DNA of 10,329 nt from Fidelibacterota bacterium (GTDB taxonomy: Bacteria > Fidelibacterota > Marinisomatia > Marinisomatales > S15-B10): the NCBI GenBank assembly GCA_046861655.1, contig JBHIAI010000062.1, positions 1 through 10,329 of the forward strand, read 5' to 3'. Numbering within the stretch: the stretch's first letter is position 1; each line of letters starts with the position of its first letter. The position numbers and the translations under genes are program-made. Positions 6,900 to 10,329 of the stretch are shown one piece after another. Under the pieces are notes generated by a model. It ran no database searches. It was not told the origin of the DNA and saw only the letters and a list, made by a program, of their open reading frames with translations.

Positions 6900-7071
6900 G
6901 CGTAAAACGTTATGAGTTATGGGTTATGCGTTATGGGTTCCCGGTCAGACGTAAGACGTTAGAAGGGTTAGGAGTTCGGGGTTAGGGGTTAGGAACACCC
7001 GCCACTCCTTTCTTCGTTCTCCAGTCTCCGGTCTCCGTTTTTCACTCCTGCCACCTGCCTACTGCCGACTG
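6898..7071 (+). repeat. Mosaic of five heptamer tandem-repeat blocks filling the intergenic region
   Basis: ATGNGTT-type x6 (6898-6939), AGACGTW x2 (6947-6960), GGGTTAG-type x4 (6965-6992), TCTCCRG-type x4-5 (7011-7045), CTGCCNN x3 (7048-7071). Confidence 0.85.
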
Positions 7072-7072
7072 A

Positions 7073-9367
7073 TCATTTGGTGGTCAGTGTCCACACTCCA
7101 TCCCAGTCCTCGCCGGGAGGGTTCTCCTTGAAAAACGTACACCTTTCCATGTACACCCGGCTGGGGTTCGTGGTACGCATGGGGAAGTTCTCTTCCAGTT
7201 TTTCTGCCGCCTGGAACGCCTCCAGGGCCTGGTCCCATTTCTGTTTCTGGTACAGATCCAATCCTTCTTGAAAGGTTATTACCAACTGGGAATTGTTTCC
7301 ATCCAGGCCGTTTTTCCGGGCCATAAGTTCATACACCCTCACCGGGACTTTCTTCCCTTTCACCCGGACATAATCAAGCGTTCGCCACTCGAACCTGTCC
7401 TTGGCCATTTCGTAGGTGTTTTCCCCCACCTGCACGAATATCCCGTACTGCTTGGCCGACGCCTCCAGCCGGGCGGCCGTGTTGACCACATCTCCCATCA
7501 TCGTATAATTCATCCGGGTGCGGCTACCCATGTTTCCGGTGACCATTTCACCGCTGTTGATCCCTACTCTCTGTCGCATGTTGTGCACCAGATCGGGCCA
7601 TTTGTCCCCTTCCGACTCCCACTTTTTCCTCAACCGGGCCAGTTCGGCCTGCATGGCAAGGGCCACCTTGCACGCCCGGTAGGCGTGATCTTCCATGGGA
7701 ATGGGTGCGCCAAAGAAGGCCACGATGGCGTCCCCTTCGTATTTGTCAAGAGTTCCCCCCTCCTCCAGGAGAATATCCGTCATACTCGTCAGATACTCGT
7801 TCAATAGGTCCACCAGCTGAGTAGGTGTCAGCACTTCCGAGAAGGAAGAAAAACTTTGAATGTCGGTAAAGAACGCCGTGTTGATGCCTGCTTCCCCGCC
7901 CAGTTTCGGCTCCCGTTTGGCCTCGTACATCTGGTCAATCAATTCGGGGGACACGTAGGTTCCGAAGGTGTGCTTCAGGAAGCGCTTGTCTTTTTCAGCC
8001 ACCAGGAAGTTGTATAGAAAAATCCCCAGATAGGTCAGGACCATGGTCATGGACGGCCGCACGATTTCCCACATGACCAGGTTTCCCAGAAACTGGTTGT
8101 AGGCGAACACGACCCAGGCGATCATTCCCACGAAAGGGACGGGAATAGAAACCAGAGGACGTTTGGGAAGAGCCACGGCCGTTCCCAGGACGACGGCGGA
8201 AAGAACGATGGCCAGAAAATTGGTTCCCTCTCCGGTGGGCTTTACGAATTCATTCTGCATGATGCTGTGGATGACATTTGCGTGGATCTCCACCCCGGCA
8301 AAACTCTCCTGCACTGGCGTATTCCTGAGATCCATATGTCCTGGGAGGGAAGTACCCACAAGGGCGATCTTACCCTCCCAGTATTCCGGGGGGAGCAATT
8401 CCGGGTCGAAGCAGTAGACGTAGGGGAGGTAGTAAAAGGTCTTGAAAGGTCCGTAATAGTTCACATACATCCGTCCGTCATCGTCGATCGGAATCTCCCT
8501 GACGATCTCTCCCTCCCGGTTTCGCAGGATGAGAATATGGGCATCAAAGTCGTAGTGGAAGCCGTCCCCGGGAACGTCCAGGATATCCATGGCCGCCGCC
8601 ATGGCGAGGGACGGATAGACGTGACCGGGACCTTCAAAAAAGATGGCTGTGGGTACCCGCCGGATGATCCCATCGGGGTCAGGTGGGAAATTGGGACTCC
8701 CCACCCCGGTCGCAGCGTTCAGGAGTTGCATGTAGGTGTTTCCAATCCGCTCTCCCGCGGGCAACCTCCGGGCCTGCTCCAGGGGAAGATCAATGATATG
8801 ATTTGTAGGATCGTACCCTTCCGGTTCCGACTCCATAGCATAGGCAAAGATTGAGGAGTCTGACTGCTCGAAAACCGCCGCATGATACACCTTTCCGCTT
8901 TCCCGGGTAGAGTTGACGAATCGATTGGGGTCATGGGCAGTCAGGAACTGCTGGGCGGCTTCGGTCAGACCTTCATCCTGTGGGGGGTTCTTCTGAATCA
9001 GCGCATCCACAAGGTAATAATCATCTGAAGTCTCGGGATCGAAAATAATATCAAAAAGAAGGGCCCGGGGATTCCCCGAGGTCACCACATCGATCAGTTG
9101 TCCGTGGTAAGCATAGGGCCAGTCCCTCAGCCGCCCCAGGGTTTCAATGGACGTTTGATCGATGTCAATGATGACTACATCCTCAACGGAAGCTTCCGGC
9201 ACCCCCGCCACTTTCCCCTTCATCCGGGCGTCGAAGGAAAGGAACTCGTACCCATCCAGCATGGAGGTCAGGAAGAATCCGTCAATCCGGGTACCCCAGG
9301 CGACCAACAGCCCCACCCCCAGGGCGATGAGGACCGCGATGCCAACGCGTTTTAAAAGATCAGGCAT
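7073..9367 (-). CDS. CHASE2-domain membrane-bound class III adenylate cyclase with C-terminal TPR-like tail
   Basis: N-terminal TM. CHASE2 motifs VVIIDIDQTS...WP, FDIIF, DPDGIIRRVP, GKIALVG, DLRNTP, GVEIHAN. Three TM helices follow. Cyclase motifs FFTDIQSFSSFSE, DKYEGDAIVAFFGAP, GNMGS...NYTMMGDVVNTAARLE. Ends in PPGEDWDGV. Confidence 0.93.
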   Translation of the reverse strand: MPDLLKRVGIAVLIALGVGLLVAWGTRIDGFFLTSMLDGYEFLSFDARMKGKVAGVPEASVEDVVIIDIDQTSIETLGRLRDWPYAYHGQLIDVVTSGNPRALLFDIIFDPETSDDYYLVDALIQKNPPQDEGLTEAAQQFLTAHDPNRFVNSTRESGKVYHAAVFEQSDSSIFAYAMESEPEGYDPTNHIIDLPLEQARRLPAGERIGNTYMQLLNAATGVGSPNFPPDPDGIIRRVPTAIFFEGPGHVYPSLAMAAAMDILDVPGDGFHYDFDAHILILRNREGEIVREIPIDDDGRMYVNYYGPFKTFYYLPYVYCFDPELLPPEYWEGKIALVGTSLPGHMDLRNTPVQESFAGVEIHANVIHSIMQNEFVKPTGEGTNFLAIVLSAVVLGTAVALPKRPLVSIPVPFVGMIAWVVFAYNQFLGNLVMWEIVRPSMTMVLTYLGIFLYNFLVAEKDKRFLKHTFGTYVSPELIDQMYEAKREPKLGGEAGINTAFFTDIQSFSSFSEVLTPTQLVDLLNEYLTSMTDILLEEGGTLDKYEGDAIVAFFGAPIPMEDHAYRACKVALAMQAELARLRKKWESEGDKWPDLVHNMRQRVGINSGEMVTGNMGSRTRMNYTMMGDVVNTAARLEASAKQYGIFVQVGENTYEMAKDRFEWRTLDYVRVKGKKVPVRVYELMARKNGLDGNNSQLVITFQEGLDLYQKQKWDQALEAFQAAEKLEENFPMRTTNPSRVYMERCTFFKENPPGEDWDGVWTLTTK

Positions 9368-9391
9368 GACGAAGGCAAATGCCCACCCTAT

Positions 9392-10045
9392 TCAATCCTT
9401 GGAACGCGGGCTTCCAGCCCGCATACTGCGGCCAGGATGGCCGCGATCCATTTTTCCTCTATCGCCCGACCACGGCCATTCATTAGCAGAATCCACAAGT
9501 CCAGCTTTTACCGGGTTTTCGAGGATGTATTGCACGGTCTCATCGAAATGATCAGCGTCCCGAATATACCTGTCAAAGTAGTCCGGCATCCAGAATCTGC
9601 CCTCTCTGTTCAGGATTTTGTTGGCCTGTAACGCCGTGAAGGATTTCCAGGTATGCACGATATCAGAAAGCGAATTACCTTTCTTGGTTTCGACAAGGAT
9701 ATGCACATGGTTCGGCATTATACACCAGGCGACGACATGATATCTGTCGCCTTGGAAACGCAGCAGTGCCTCCTGGACAAGAGCAGCAATCCGATCGTCC
9801 CGCAAGTGGCAGCTTCCTTTTCCCCTGTCTTCGTATTCTTGTGTGAGTCTAATGATTTCATCCGATTCTTTTGAATTGCGGTGGTTCGGCTTCCTCAAGC
9901 GAACCTCTTGCCTCCATCGTTGAACAACAGACCGGGGAACGGCGTCATGGAGACGAAATGACACGAATTGAAAGACATCTTGTGCATCAAAATGCGGCAG
10001 GTAGCCCCTGGAATGCCATCCTTTATGTGCTTTGGACTTTTTCAT
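9392..10045 (-). CDS. REP-associated tyrosine transposase (RAYT, HUH/Y1, IS200-like fold)
   Basis: WHSRGYLPHFD, FVSFRLHD, HUH motif WCIMPNHVH (9709-9701), WKSFTA, FWMPDYFDRYIRD, catalytic Tyr in YILENPVKAGLV, then WPWS. Confidence 0.92.
   Translation of the reverse strand: MKKSKAHKGWHSRGYLPHFDAQDVFQFVSFRLHDAVPRSVVQRWRQEVRLRKPNHRNSKESDEIIRLTQEYEDRGKGSCHLRDDRIAALVQEALLRFQGDRYHVVAWCIMPNHVHILVETKKGNSLSDIVHTWKSFTALQANKILNREGRFWMPDYFDRYIRDADHFDETVQYILENPVKAGLVDSANEWPWSGDRGKMDRGHPGRSMRAGSPRSKD
9401..9451. repeat. REP doublet copy 1 (51 bp), inside the 3' end of the RAYT ORF
   Basis: GGAACGCGGGCTTCCAGCCCGC-ATACT-GCGGCCAGGATGGCCGCGATCC-AT, identical to 10050-10100. Confidence 0.95.
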
Positions 10046-10049
10046 CGGC

Positions 10050-10100
10050 GGAACGCGGGCTTCCAGCCCGCATACTGCGGCCAGGATGGCCGCGATCCAT
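10050..10100. repeat. REP doublet copy 2 (51 bp), 4 nt upstream of the RAYT ATG
   Basis: Exact direct repeat of 9401-9451; the flanking bases differ on both sides. Confidence 0.95.
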
Positions 10101-10106
10101 CAACGT

Positions 10107-10329
10107 CTATTCTTCCCCGTCGAGCTCTTTGTTCCACCGGACCCAGTCCAGTTCGGCGTCGGTGTCCTGGTCGAATTCGAACATGTGGTATTTACCATCG
10201 CTTCTGATGTTGATCTGCATCCCTTCCACCAGAGTGATCCATTCTTCCAGGGTGACCTCGTAGGGTCCGGCCACCTGCTCCGGAGCCTGTACTTCTTCCA
10301 CAGGACCCAGTCTGAACCTGGGACCTCCC
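10107..10329 (-). CDS. 3' end of a gene running off the window, probably a FecR-domain protein (partial)
   Basis: Frame is open to the window edge (GGPRFRLGPVEEVQAPEQVAGPYEVTLEEW...DWVRWNKELD). The GP.EV.LEEW and WV.WN..D pattern resembles C-termini I recall from FecR-domain proteins. The FecR domain itself is not in the window. Confidence 0.55.
   Translation of the reverse strand, partial: GGPRFRLGPVEEVQAPEQVAGPYEVTLEEWITLVEGMQINIRSDGKYHMFEFDQDTDAELDWVRWNKELDGEE

Larger units (their letters stand above)
9392..10100 (-). mobile_element. REPtron-like unit: RAYT bracketed by REP doublets
   Basis: RAYT gene between two identical palindromic doublets. Appears more AT-rich than its neighbours by eye. 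Confidence 0.8.

Noticed and set aside
6965..6993. Telomere-like GGGTTAG repeats or G-quadruplex
   Set aside because: Only one of five heptamer blocks in a clearly bacterial context, and just three tracts have three or more G, so a canonical three-tier G4 is not supported.
9401..10100. 51-bp direct repeats as a CRISPR array or IS terminal inverted repeats
   Set aside because: Only two copies, about 600 bp apart, with no cas genes. They are direct rather than inverted and flank an HUH enzyme, so REP doublets explain them better.
23..10263. Numerous plus-strand and alternative-frame ORFs in the track (e.g. 888-1289, 1282-1806, 1900-2529, 7268-7807, 8267-8854, 9871-10263)
   Set aside because: They overlap well-supported minus-strand genes, show no recognisable motifs and are expected shadows in GC-rich DNA.

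Overview
GC-rich bacterial chromosomal segment with every credible gene on the minus strand. In transcription order (right to left): the 3' end of a probable FecR-domain protein, a REP-associated tyrosine transposase (RAYT) flanked by two identical 51-bp REP doublets, a CHASE2 class III adenylate cyclase, an intergenic stretch filled with heptamer tandem repeats, a closely packed trio (glutaryl-CoA dehydrogenase, class I/II PLP aminotransferase, alkaline-phosphatase-superfamily metalloenzyme), an IscR-like Rrf2 regulator, a nine-heme c-type lipoprotein cytochrome, a terminator-like hairpin and a DUF4382-type lipoprotein. Main points of interest: (1) an apparent Fe-S-sensor-controlled nonaheme cytochrome with an NrfA-like core but no CxxCK, with candidate operators at both promoters; (2) a RAYT element with covarying GGA(A/T)-footed REPs sitting inside a FecR-cyclase gene pair; (3) a mosaic of heptamer repeat blocks and a 12-mer that recurs at three gene ends; (4) a CRP-like box at exactly -41.5 upstream of the DUF4382 gene. 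Family calls come from motif recognition by eye; no searches were run.
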